Source: Methanonatronarchaeales archaeon (lineage in GTDB: Archaea > Halobacteriota > Methanonatronarchaeia > JAANXF01). Taken from it: a DNA stretch of 64,000 bases. This document shows, piece by piece, positions 1-7,882 of the stretch. The notes under the pieces are model-generated. The model saw nothing but the letters and a program-made list of their open reading frames with translations, searched no databases and was not told the origin of the DNA. The position numbers and the translations under genes were made by a program. How positions within the stretch are numbered: the stretch's first letter is position 1; every line of letters begins with the position of its first letter. The stretch is from positions 10,537 through 74,536 of the forward strand of contig JAANXF010000015.1 in NCBI GenBank assembly GCA_018263395.1. Reading direction: 5' to 3'.

Positions 1-64
1 CCTCCGCGAGCCTCTCCAGCTCCTCAACCACCTCGTCCGGAAGCCGCACCTGAACGTTCCCCAT
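1..64 (-). CDS. 5' end of a ribbon-helix-helix (CopG/antitoxin-like) gene running off the left edge
   Basis: Minus-strand ATG at 64..62 gives MGNVQVRLPDEVVEELERLAE..., an RHH-like N-terminus. Only 21 codons are visible. Confidence 0.3.
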   Translation of the reverse strand, partial: MGNVQVRLPDEVVEELERLAE

Positions 65-165
65 AGCGTAATGAGTTGTACCCAAACGTGATTAAATCTT
101 TCGGACCAGACGTTCCGCTAAATGTGATGGACAGAGGGACCCGCTTCGACACCCGGTACCTCATT

Positions 166-523
166 CACTCGTGCGACTCGACGATGCCCTCCATCGAAGT
201 GATGAACTCCTCTGCCAGGGAGAGACCTCTTTCGACCTCCCGGTCCGGGAGAACTGCGTACGGGTGTAGTCCAGATCCTCCCTCAATCTCCTCATCTCCG
301 AGAAGAAGCTGGCCTCCTCCTTTTCGATGAGAGAACGTTCCCGATAAAGCTCCTTACCGACGAGGGTATTGACACCCCTGTGCGTCTTCGTATCGAAGCC
401 GAGTGAGGCCAGGGCTGCCTTCGCCGCGTAAAACATGGAATAGTAAATAGAGGACCAGACTTTCCTCTCGCTGACACCCGCCCCCCACATCTTTTCGGCG
501 TCCACGACCTCCTCCCTCGCCAT
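166..523 (-). pseudogene. HEPN-domain protein (toxin half of a HEPN/MNT module), C-terminus out of frame
   Basis: This is the C-terminal half of ORF 161..859: MAREEVVDAEKMW...SIYYSMFYAAKAALASLGFDTKTHRGVNTLVGKELY (HEPN helices). After ...REDLDYTRTQFS the plausible ending REVERGLSLAEEFITSMEGIVESHE* lies in another frame (stop 166..168). The break is near 241-252. Confidence 0.55.
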
Positions 524-542
524 GGAGACCAGGTCCTCCACC

Positions 543-859
543 TCAGACAACCGCCTCACCCGTCCTCGAAATTTCCCTGTCGAAAGAGGAGTCCTCCATC
601 TCGGAGTACTCCTCGGGAGTCCTCGCGAAGAGAGAGAGATGGCGACACCGTACTTTACCTCCACTTCGAAGGCTATGTCGTGCAGCTTACGCTTACCCCT
701 AGAATCCTTCACGACGGCCAGGACGTCGACGTCACTCCCCTCACCCTCCTCCCTGCCGGCCACCGACCCGAAGAGTACGAGTCTCTGGATTGAATCGCCG
801 AGCTCCTCCTCCGCCCGCTCCGCGAACTCCTCGAAGGCCCGCCTCTGACGCGACGCCAT
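543..859 (-). pseudogene. minimal nucleotidyltransferase (MNT), frame broken in a dinucleotide repeat
   Basis: N-terminus LVLFGSVAGREEGEGSDVDVLAV carries the GS...DxD NTase motif. After VKYGVAISL the natural continuation LFARTPEEYSEMEDSSFDREISRTGEAVV* is in another frame (stop 543..545). Removing one TC unit from the (AG)5/(TC)5 tract at 629-638 restores it. Confidence 0.6.
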
Positions 860-883
860 CCTGATTAAGAAGAAGCGGTCCAG

Positions 884-900
884 CCGTTAAAACGTAACGG
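884..900. promoter_or_regulatory. 17-bp palindrome CCGTTAAAACGTAACGG upstream of the MNT/HEPN operon (candidate autoregulatory operator)
   Basis: Perfect 6-bp arms (CCGTTA/TAACGG) lie about 25-40 bp upstream of the MNT start at 859. TA operons are commonly autoregulated at such palindromes. Confidence 0.3.
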
Positions 901-967
901 CTCACGAGAGAGCCGAAATATCATCGACAGCCTGCAAGAGAAAACCTCAACCGCCGGGTAAACTCGC

Positions 968-1177
968 TCATCGCCTATTCAGCCCCTCCCCACCGTTCCG
1001 AACCGCTTCGACCGGCAGGTCCTCGACATCGCCGAACGCCAGGTGGAGATACCTGTCGCCCCTCCGAAGCGTCTCCGTCTCCTCACCCTGGACGTAGTAC
1101 GGCTCGACGAGTGTCTCCCAGCCAAGGTCGGACAGCGCCTCCCGCACCTCACCCAGCTCCTCGTCCCAGCCCTTCAC
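968..1177 (-). CDS. hypothetical small acidic protein (69 aa, GTG start)
   Basis: ORF track entry, codon usage like neighbours. No recognisable motif. Last gene of a three-ORF minus-strand string. Confidence 0.35.
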   Translation of the reverse strand: MKGWDEELGEVREALSDLGWETLVEPYYVQGEETETLRRGDRYLHLAFGDVEDLPVEAVRNGGEGLNRR

Positions 1178-1239
1178 GGCTCAGGCCTCCAGGTACAGGA
1201 CCGGAAGGTCCAGCAGCTCGTAGTCGTGGGGCTTCATCT

Positions 1240-1626
1240 TCATGGTCGAGTTTTGGAACAGTCACGGGTTTCCTCAGGATGCCCTGTCTTAATCCACCTA
1301 ACGAACTCCGGGTTTACGAACTCACTGACCACACTCGATGCCTCATCCACGTGGTTTTCCACCCAAACGGTATCCCGGTTGTAGATGGAGGTCCCGACGC
1401 CGTCGAGGGATGCCGAGATCTCCGTCATCGAGGGAACAGTAACCGTTCCCGATCTGTAGAAGCTATCGAAGAAGCACACCGCCTCGTGGTGGTGCCTCCT
1501 CGCCTCCTCCCAGCAACCATTCCTCGCTGCGGCCCTCATGGTGCATAGGCGCCACAGGAACTTCTCTAAGGACAGCAGCCGGCACGATACCAGTTCGTTC
1601 CCGGGCCACTTGCCTTCACTAACCAC
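1240..1626 (-). CDS. hypothetical Cys/His-containing protein (128 aa), possibly 3'-disrupted
   Basis: ORF track entry. It is followed at 1183..1245, in another frame, by a 20-codon relic MKMKPHDYELLDLPVLYLEA*. That relic matches the C-terminus of the upstream 116-aa ORF. Confidence 0.35.
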   Translation of the reverse strand: MVSEGKWPGNELVSCRLLSLEKFLWRLCTMRAAARNGCWEEARRHHHEAVCFFDSFYRSGTVTVPSMTEISASLDGVGTSIYNRDTVWVENHVDEASSVVSEFVNPEFVRWIKTGHPEETRDCSKTRP

Positions 1627-1629
1627 GGG

Positions 1630-1980
1630 TCACCGACCCTCCAGATACAGCACCGGTGCATCCAATAGTTCGTAATCATGTGTTTCGACAATTATCGAGA
1701 CGATACAATCGGTCCCCACCAAGCCGGACAACTCCGAGGCCGCGCCCTCGAGGAGGTCAGGGATCTCTAAAAGTTCCGCGTGCCCCTCCACGGCGTACCT
1801 CCCCGAATCGAGCGTCCTGAGTCCGAGCCGAGGGGGGATCGAGTCCGGCAGCCGGGCAAGATCGAGGTGCGGGGCCTCCACCTCGACGCGGAGGAAGAAC
1901 CACTGCTCACAGTCCACCGCCACGTCGTTAATCCACTCGATCGCCTCCTCCCTCAGTTCTTCCGGGTCGCATCCCGACAC
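1630..1980 (-). CDS. hypothetical small acidic protein (116 aa)
   Basis: ORF track entry. It ends ...ETHDYELLDAPVLYLEGR and is divergent from the DpnI-like gene across an AT-richer 107-bp spacer. Confidence 0.4.
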   Translation of the reverse strand: MSGCDPEELREEAIEWINDVAVDCEQWFFLRVEVEAPHLDLARLPDSIPPRLGLRTLDSGRYAVEGHAELLEIPDLLEGAASELSGLVGTDCIVSIIVETHDYELLDAPVLYLEGR

Positions 1981-2087
1981 CGGGGGAGTGTCTGGCCCCG
2001 CGCACTTCCCTCTATCTACGGGTTAGTTACAGGTCTTTTACAGGTTCCCATAACTACCACCAGATATTTGATCCACGCCCCGAAACC

Positions 2088-2870
2088 GTGGGTGTGGACG
2101 TCCACCTCGACCCCTCCCTCGCGGAGGAGTACAGCAACAAGGCGCAGGCCACCCGCGTGGTGACGGAGGCGTGGGCTGAGGAGGAGATGTACTGCCCTGC
2201 CTGCCCGTCGTCCCGGCTGGAACCGCACAGGGCCGGTAAGAAGGTGGAGGACTTCTTCTGTCCGCGGTGCGACCGGCGGACGCAGCTGAAGGCGAAGCGC
2301 GGGAGGCTGTACAACCGGGTGTCGAACTCTGCCTACGAGCCGAAAGTCGAGGCCATCCGGGGGAACCGGGCGCCGGACTACGCCTTCATGGAGTTCGACC
2401 CGGAGGAGTGGATGGTGGAGAGGCTGCGGGTGGTGCCGGGGCACTTCCTGACGGAGAGCGTAGTGGAGAAGCGGAACCCGCTCCGCTCCGGTGCGAGGCG
2501 CGCAGGCTGGGTGGGCTCCAACATCCTTCTGAACCGCATACCGGCGGCCGGGCAGATACTCCTGGTCCGTGACCGGGAGGCGGTGCACGCGAAGGAGGTG
2601 CGGGACCAGTTCCGGAGGACCTCGTTCCTGCGGGAGTTCGGCGCCGAGGCCCGGGGCTGGCTCAGCGACCTGGTGGACGTGCTGGAGGAGATTGGGCTCG
2701 GACCCGGGGACGAGTTCACGCTGCGAGAGGTGTACGGCTACGAGGAGGAGCTGTCAAAGCGACACCCCGACAACAACCACGTGCGGGCGAAGGTAAGGCA
2801 ACAGCTGCAGGTCTTGCGAGATAGGGGACTCATTGAGTTCTTGGGCGACGGGCATTACCGATTACGGTGA
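2088..2870 (+). CDS. DpnI-family (Dam-replacing family) methyl-directed restriction endonuclease
   Basis: Colinear by eye with S. pneumoniae DpnI: SNKAQATRVVTEAW, MYCPAC...FFCPRCDRRTQLKAKRG, ARRAGWVGSNILL, and the C-terminal winged helix NNHVRAKVRQQLQVLRDRGLIEFLGDGHYR. The start may be the GTG at 2094. Confidence 0.85.
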   Translation: MGVDVHLDPSLAEEYSNKAQATRVVTEAWAEEEMYCPACPSSRLEPHRAGKKVEDFFCPRCDRRTQLKAKRGRLYNRVSNSAYEPKVEAIRGNRAPDYAFMEFDPEEWMVERLRVVPGHFLTESVVEKRNPLRSGARRAGWVGSNILLNRIPAAGQILLVRDREAVHAKEVRDQFRRTSFLREFGAEARGWLSDLVDVLEEIGLGPGDEFTLREVYGYEEELSKRHPDNNHVRAKVRQQLQVLRDRGLIEFLGDGHYRLR

Positions 2871-3072
2871 AAGTGACCAGATAGTCGCGAACCTGCAGGA
2901 CGGACGGGCGAACCGTATCCTGTCGACGCTGCATCGGGAGGATAGAGGTAAATGGTAGGTATCCGGAGATGTGTGGGAGCTTCGACCGAGCTGCCCTACC
3001 GATTACGGATTGAGGAAAAACAGGTTCTCCCACAAAACTTAACTCTGCCCACATATTAGTGTTTAATAGGTC

Positions 3073-3333
3073 ATGTCGAAAAATACCCTCGTAGAGGACG
3101 GGCGGGGCAGGGTGACGCTGCCGAGGGAGTACCGGGAGGAGCACGGGCCGAGGTACCGGTTTATCCGGGTGGGGGAGCGTCTGGAGCTGATTCCAGTGGC
3201 CCGGGACCCCTTGGCGGCGCTGCGGGAGGAGTTCTCCAAGATTCCTTCGGAGGAGTCTACGGAGGAGGTCGTGGAGCGGGCGGAGTCGGCGATGCGAGGG
3301 GAGGCGACGAGGGACTCCGGTGCCGGTCGTTGA
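3073..3333 (+). CDS. vapB: AbrB/SpoVT-type antitoxin (VapB-like)
   Basis: 86 aa with GRGRVTLPREYREEHG (AbrB swapped-hairpin motif). Overlaps the downstream PIN gene by 14 nt. Confidence 0.7.
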   Translation: MSKNTLVEDGRGRVTLPREYREEHGPRYRFIRVGERLELIPVARDPLAALREEFSKIPSEESTEEVVERAESAMRGEATRDSGAGR

Positions 3334-3694
3334 CACCGACTTCCTAGTGGCGCTCTTCCGCGAGGACGACGGCCTCGGGGAGCATGCGGAGGAGCTGTAC
3401 CGGGAACACGAGGGGAACCTGGTGGCTCCGCCCTACGTCCTGCTGGAGCTGCTGTTCGTGTCCATAGACTACTCCATGGACCCGGAGCGTGTCGTGGCGA
3501 ACGCCCTGGAGCTGGTGGAGTGCAGTCACGACGAGGGGCTCCTGCTGAAGGCGGCCCACTTCGTGAAGGAGATGGAGATGACGCCTCTGGACGCGGTCGT
3601 GGCGGCGTTCTCCGACGGCCGGCGCGTAATAAGCAGCGACTCGGCCCTGGACCGGGCTGGTGTGGAGCGCATCGAACTGAAGCGAAGGGGCTGA
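3320..3694 (+). CDS. vapC: PIN-domain toxin (VapC-like)
   Basis: 124 aa. Acidic PIN residues are present: MPVVDTD..., ...LLELL..., ...ISSDSA. Confidence 0.75.
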   Translation: MPVVDTDFLVALFREDDGLGEHAEELYREHEGNLVAPPYVLLELLFVSIDYSMDPERVVANALELVECSHDEGLLLKAAHFVKEMEMTPLDAVVAAFSDGRRVISSDSALDRAGVERIELKRRG

Positions 3695-3722
3695 GGAGGA
3701 GTTAATGGGATAGAGGTGGCAC

Positions 3723-4192
3723 CTACCCCTCCCCCAGTGACGTGACAAGCTGGTGGGTCTTCCAGACCCTCACAGCATCCTGTTCGTTTAGTTCGTCGTC
3801 GTCCGACCACAGGTCGGCGTTTCTTTGGAGGGCCAGCGCGAGGTAGGGAGCGTCGTCGGAATCAGGGGATACATCCTCTGCCTCTTCCAGGCGAGAGGAA
3901 CGCAGGTCTTCTCCCCGGAGAGACCTGCTCCAGCACCCGCTTCTCCGAAGCGGTGCGAACCTCCCCCCTCGGAATCACGTCTATACGCTTCTTCAGGATG
4001 TCGACGAACCTCTGGAAATCGTCACTCGACCGGTGGGTCTTCTCCAGAATCAAGTCTTCGTACCCCCGGAACTCGGTGAACAGGAACTCCGGGGCGTAGA
4101 GGTGAGATCGTCTCTCAGCAGGAGCTCCGCGGTCTTACCGTCTCTGATGGCTGCGGAGAACAGGACGTTCGCATCCCGAAGATGCCTGGCAT
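3723..4192 (-). pseudogene. PIN-domain (PIN_3-like) toxin gene with about 3 frameshifts
   Basis: Reading across three frames gives MPGIF/RDANVLFSAAIRDGKTAELLLRDD / LYAPEFLFTEFRGYEDLILEKTHRSSDDFQRFVDILKKRIDVIPRGEV...EKRVLEQVS / RGEDLRSSRLEEAEDVSPDSDDAPYLALALQRNADLWSDDDELNEQDAVRVWKTHQLV*. Breaks are near 4175, 4098 and 3915. Confidence 0.55.
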
Positions 4193-4251
4193 CTTCTTAC
4201 AGAAGAGGCTCCGAGAGCCTCTTCGAACACCCAGGTCCAAGGGCTTACTCC

Positions 4252-4512
4252 CTACTCCCCGTATCGTTCGGCGAGTGCCTCGTTTACCTCTCTCCCCAGC
4301 TCGACGGCGTCCCTCTCAGAGAGTTCGCTCCGCTCCTTGAACTCTTCGAGGAACTGGAGGTCACGGAGCTTCTCGTCGATGGACTGCCTGGCGACCTCGC
4401 TCCAGTTTATCTCGGGGAACCGGTCCATCTTCTCCTTCATCTCCTCCGGAACCGAGAGAGTTACGCTTACCAGAGCGTCCACCTTCAAGTTGATTACGTG
4501 CGTTACGCCCAT
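4252..4512 (-). CDS. ribbon-helix-helix (CopG-like) antitoxin
   Basis: 86 aa with VTLSVPEEMKEKMDRFPEINWSEVARQSI (RHH). A TATA-like ATTATAAAAAGG lies upstream on the minus strand (about 4570-4585). Confidence 0.6.
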   Translation of the reverse strand: MGVTHVINLKVDALVSVTLSVPEEMKEKMDRFPEINWSEVARQSIDEKLRDLQFLEEFKERSELSERDAVELGREVNEALAERYGE

Positions 4513-4591
4513 ATACGTTACGAACGGACGTTGCGTGACGTCTCGGCTCTGCTGGTGGCCCCTCTTCGCCCTCTTCCCCTTTTTATAATCT

Positions 4592-5014
4592 GGTAAATTT
4601 CAGTCACTAGACAGAGGCGGAGCGCGGCGGGCGGGCTGGGTCGGGTCGAACATCCTGTTAAACAGGATTCCGGAGGCGGGAAAGATTTCGCTGATTCGGG
4701 GCGCGGAGCCGGTGGCTCCCGAGGAGGTGCGGGACCAGTTCCGGAGGACCTCCTTCCTTAGGAGATTCGGCTTCGAGGGAAGGGGCTGGCTCTCCGATAT
4801 GATGGCAGTACTTGAGGACATGGAGCTGGGGCCCGGTGACGAGTTAACGCTGAGACAGGTGTACCGGTTCGAGGAGCATCTGTCGAAGCTGCATCCGGAG
4901 AATCGGCACGTCAGGGCCAAGATTCATCAGCAGCTGCAGGTATTACGGGATGAAGGGATTATCGAGTTCCTGGGCGTGGGCGGCGGGGAGCACAGGTTGA
5001 AATTGCAGGTGTAG
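4592..5014 (+). pseudogene. 5'-truncated second copy of a DpnI-family gene (C-terminal about 140 codons only)
   Basis: The open frame after TAA (4589-4591) reads ...DRGGARRAGWVGSNILLNRIPEAGKISLIRGAEPVAPEEVRDQFRRTSFL...HPENRHVRAKIHQQLQVLRDEGIIEF. This is colinear with residues about 140-260 of the intact copy. A 31-nt run is identical (2593-2623 = 4722-4752). The catalytic N-terminal half is absent. Confidence 0.7.
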
Positions 5015-5017
5015 GGC

Positions 5018-5809
5018 TCACAGCCCCAGCACGTCGTCCATTCCGTAGAGACCTTTTTCTTTGTCGGCGAGGAACCTGGCGGCGTCCAGGGCTCCGGCGA
5101 CGAAGGGCTCGCGGCCGTGGGCCTGGTGCTTAATCTCCAGGCGCTCCCCGTCTCCCGCGAGAAGAACGGTGTGGTCCCCCGCGACGTCCCCGGCGCGGAC
5201 GGCGTGCACACCGATCTCGTCGTCCCCCCGTTCCCCGACCATGCCGCGGCGGCCGTGGACGAGCTCTCCGTCTCCGCCCCTGACGTCCCGTATCTCCTCG
5301 GCGGCCCTCAGCGCCGTTCCACTCGGAGCGTCCCTCTTGTGGCGGTGGTGGGCCTCCACGATTTCCGCGTCGTAGTCGAGGCGGGAGGCGGCCTCCCCCA
5401 CCAGTCGCCAGAACACGTTTACACCCCTGGCGAAGTTTCGGCTCCTCACCACGGCGACCTCGCGAGAGGCGGCCTCGACCAAGTTCTCCTGCTCCTCCGA
5501 GAGCCCCGTGGTCCCTATCACCATCTTCGTGCGGGTCGTCACGCAGCTCCGGACGGCGGACTCCGTGGCGGGCGGCGCCGTGAAGTCGATAAGTACGTCG
5601 AGCCCGGGGAGCACTGTCTCCATGTCGCCGGACGGGGAGACTTTCACGTCGATTTCGCCCAGCCCGGTCTCTGTACCGAGGTCACGACCTATCGATTCGT
5701 GTCCGGGGAGCTCGAACCCCGCGGCGAGCTTCAGGTCCCCCGACCCGTGGACCCTCTCCGCGATCAGGGAACCCATTCGTCCCAGGCAGCCGCTGACGGC
5801 GACCCTCAT
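5018..5809 (-). CDS. dapB: 4-hydroxy-tetrahydrodipicolinate reductase
   Basis: 263 aa with MRVAVSGCLGRMGS (Rossmann) and EAHHRHKRDAPSGTA motifs. 4-nt overlap with dapA. Confidence 0.9.
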   Translation of the reverse strand: MRVAVSGCLGRMGSLIAERVHGSGDLKLAAGFELPGHESIGRDLGTETGLGEIDVKVSPSGDMETVLPGLDVLIDFTAPPATESAVRSCVTTRTKMVIGTTGLSEEQENLVEAASREVAVVRSRNFARGVNVFWRLVGEAASRLDYDAEIVEAHHRHKRDAPSGTALRAAEEIRDVRGGDGELVHGRRGMVGERGDDEIGVHAVRAGDVAGDHTVLLAGDGERLEIKHQAHGREPFVAGALDAARFLADKEKGLYGMDDVLGL

Positions 5810-6681
5810 ATCAGGTCCAGCTCCCTGAGCGATTCCCGCAGCGGTCCCTCCGCATCACGCGACAGAGGGGTCAGCGGTGGACGGGGTTCCCCGGCCCCGA
5901 GGCCCACCAGGTTCAGGGCCCTCTTGACGGGTATGGGGTTGGTTTCGAGGAAGAGGGCGCGGAAGAGCGGGGAGAGGCGGCGGTGGACCTCCCGCGCCTC
6001 CTTCAGGTCGCCCCGGCTCGCCGCGGAGAACAGCTCCCGCATCTTCCCCGGCACGAGGTTGCCCGCGACCGAGACCACGCCGCTTCCACCGAGTGCGGCG
6101 GTGGCCAGGGCCTCTGAGTCGTCGCCGCTGAGCACCGAGAAGTCGTCGGAGGCTTCCTCGAGTATGCGGGCGGCCTGGGAGACGTCTCCGCTCGCCTCCT
6201 TCACCGCCACCACGTTATCCAGCTCCGCGAGGCGCAGGACGGTTTCCGGCTCCATGTTTACGCCGGTCCTGGACGGGACGTTGTAGAGCACAATCGGTAT
6301 CGAGACGGCCTCGGCCACGGCGGTGAAGTGCTTCACGAGGCCGCGCTGCGGGGGCCTGTTGTAGTACGGGGTGATCAGCATGGCGGCGTCCGCCCCGGCG
6401 GTCTCGGCGTGCCCTGTCAGCTCGACGGCCTCGCGGGTCGAGTTGCTGCCCGTGCCCGCCACGACGCGGGTCCTTCCGTCGACGAGGTTCACCGCGACCT
6501 CGACGATTTCGCGGTGTTCGTCGTGGCTCAGCGTCGCGGCCTCGCCGGTGCAGCCCGCCGTCACGACGCCGTCCACTCCGCCGTCGATAAGGAAGTCGAG
6601 CAGCCGCTCCAGCGCCGCGTGGTCTATTTCGTCCCCGTCGAACGGAGTGGCGTGAGCGGTGAAGACCCCCTCGAGATGCAT
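5806..6681 (-). CDS. dapA: 4-hydroxy-tetrahydrodipicolinate synthase
   Basis: 291 aa with GVVTAGCTGEAATLS and YNVPSRTG motifs. Confidence 0.9.
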   Translation of the reverse strand: MHLEGVFTAHATPFDGDEIDHAALERLLDFLIDGGVDGVVTAGCTGEAATLSHDEHREIVEVAVNLVDGRTRVVAGTGSNSTREAVELTGHAETAGADAAMLITPYYNRPPQRGLVKHFTAVAEAVSIPIVLYNVPSRTGVNMEPETVLRLAELDNVVAVKEASGDVSQAARILEEASDDFSVLSGDDSEALATAALGGSGVVSVAGNLVPGKMRELFSAASRGDLKEAREVHRRLSPLFRALFLETNPIPVKRALNLVGLGAGEPRPPLTPLSRDAEGPLRESLRELDLI

Positions 6682-6716
6682 CGCGGTCTATGATTCCACA
6701 CCACGGGAATAAGTCT

Positions 6717-7193
6717 TTACTCCGTGAGTGCCGAGTCGTAGTCCCCGCTCTCCACCCTCTTCACTGCCTCCCTCGGGTCGGTTCCCTCAACGGTCACCCC
6801 CACGGACACGCAGGTACCTATGACCTCCTTGACCCTCGACTTCGTGTTCTTTCCCAGCATGTCGCCCCTCTTCATGCCGGCTATCGCCTTGGCGTCCTCG
6901 ACGGAGATATCGCCGACGAAGTCCTCCTGCGGCACCCCGGAGCCCCGGTCGATTCCCGCCCTCTGAATCACGAGGGCGGCGGTCGGCGGGGTCCCCACCG
7001 ATATCCCGTACTCGTCGGTTTCGGTATCGACCTCAAGGGTGACGGGGACCTGCATCCCGTCGAAGTCCGCCGTGGCCTCGTTTATGGATTCCACTATCTC
7101 CTTTATGTCTACGCCGAGGGGCCCGAGCTTCGGTCCGAGGGGCGGCCCCGGCGAAGCGTCCCCACCCTCTACGAGCAGCTCCACAGTTTCCAC
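6717..7193 (-). CDS. rpl11: 50S ribosomal protein L11 (uL11)
   Basis: 158 aa with PGPPLGPKLGPLGV signature. Confidence 0.9.
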   Translation of the reverse strand: METVELLVEGGDASPGPPLGPKLGPLGVDIKEIVESINEATADFDGMQVPVTLEVDTETDEYGISVGTPPTAALVIQRAGIDRGSGVPQEDFVGDISVEDAKAIAGMKRGDMLGKNTKSRVKEVIGTCVSVGVTVEGTDPREAVKRVESGDYDSALTE

Positions 7194-7195
7194 CC

Positions 7196-7654
7196 TTACT
7201 CCTCCACCTTTCTGTCAAGAACCCGGACGCTGTCCCCCCTCACCGTGACGGGTATCGGAACCATCGCCTCGAATAGCTCGAGGGTGATCTCCTCGTGACC
7301 GGGGTCGATCCTCTTCACGACGGCCTTCTCGCCCTTGAACGGCCCGGAGACCAGCTCCACTATGTCGCCCTCGTTTATGCCGGCGGCCATGGGCTTCGGC
7401 TTCAGGAAGTGCTCCACCTCGGATATGCTGCTCTCGCCCGACACCACGCCCCTAGCGTGGGCCACGTTGTTTACCGCCTCCTCCACCTGACCGGCCCCGG
7501 ATGCCTCCACGAAGAAATAACCCCTCAGCTTGTCCGGGGAGAGGATGGCGGACACCTCGAGGTCCTCCCTCTCGGCCGTCTGGGCCAGCATGTCCGCAAC
7601 CGTGCGCTCCTGGTTCACGGTCGTCTTGACCGCGTAGACTTTACCATACGTCAA
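7196..7654 (-). CDS. spt5: transcription elongation factor Spt5 (NusG)
   Basis: 152 aa with NGN domain plus KOW ([21 protein letters not shown]). Conserved secE-spt5-rpl11 order. Confidence 0.85.
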   Translation of the reverse strand: MTYGKVYAVKTTVNQERTVADMLAQTAEREDLEVSAILSPDKLRGYFFVEASGAGQVEEAVNNVAHARGVVSGESSISEVEHFLKPKPMAAGINEGDIVELVSGPFKGEKAVVKRIDPGHEEITLELFEAMVPIPVTVRGDSVRVLDRKVEE

Positions 7655-7708
7655 CTGGATACCTCTATAGAAAAGGCCAACCTACATCGGGACGCTCGGG
7701 AATATAGT

Positions 7709-7882
7709 TTACCCGACCATGTACCTCGGAAACACGTCCATCAGGAGGTAGACCAGGAAACCCATTCCCCCGATGATCAGCATTCCGGCCGCGGTAATCT
7801 TCGCGACCTTCCAGAACTCCTCCCGGCCGGGCTTCCTCGCCAGCCGAACCACGTTCAGGTAGGGCTCAACCTGCTCCCTCAT
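7709..7882 (-). CDS. secE: protein translocase subunit SecE
   Basis: Internal ATG at 7882 gives a 57-aa protein, [29 protein letters not shown] plus one TM. ATGA overlap with the ftsZ stop. The longer 108-aa ORF N-terminus is Arg/Gly junk. Confidence 0.7.
   Translation of the reverse strand: MREQVEPYLNVVRLARKPGREEFWKVAKITAAGMLIIGGMGFLVYLLMDVFPRYMVG

Noticed and set aside
2856-3008. 12-bp direct repeat TACCGATTACGG (2856-2867 and 2997-3008) as a target-site duplication at the 3' end of the DpnI-like gene
   Set aside because: About 0.5 such nearby 12-mer repeats are expected by chance in a window of this size, and no mobile-element features lie between the copies.
5117-6286. 389-aa plus-strand ORF overlapping dapB/dapA
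   Set aside because: It is antisense to two well-supported genes. The Arg/Pro/Gly/Ser-rich low-complexity translation is typical of the opposite strand of GC-rich coding DNA, and it has no motif.
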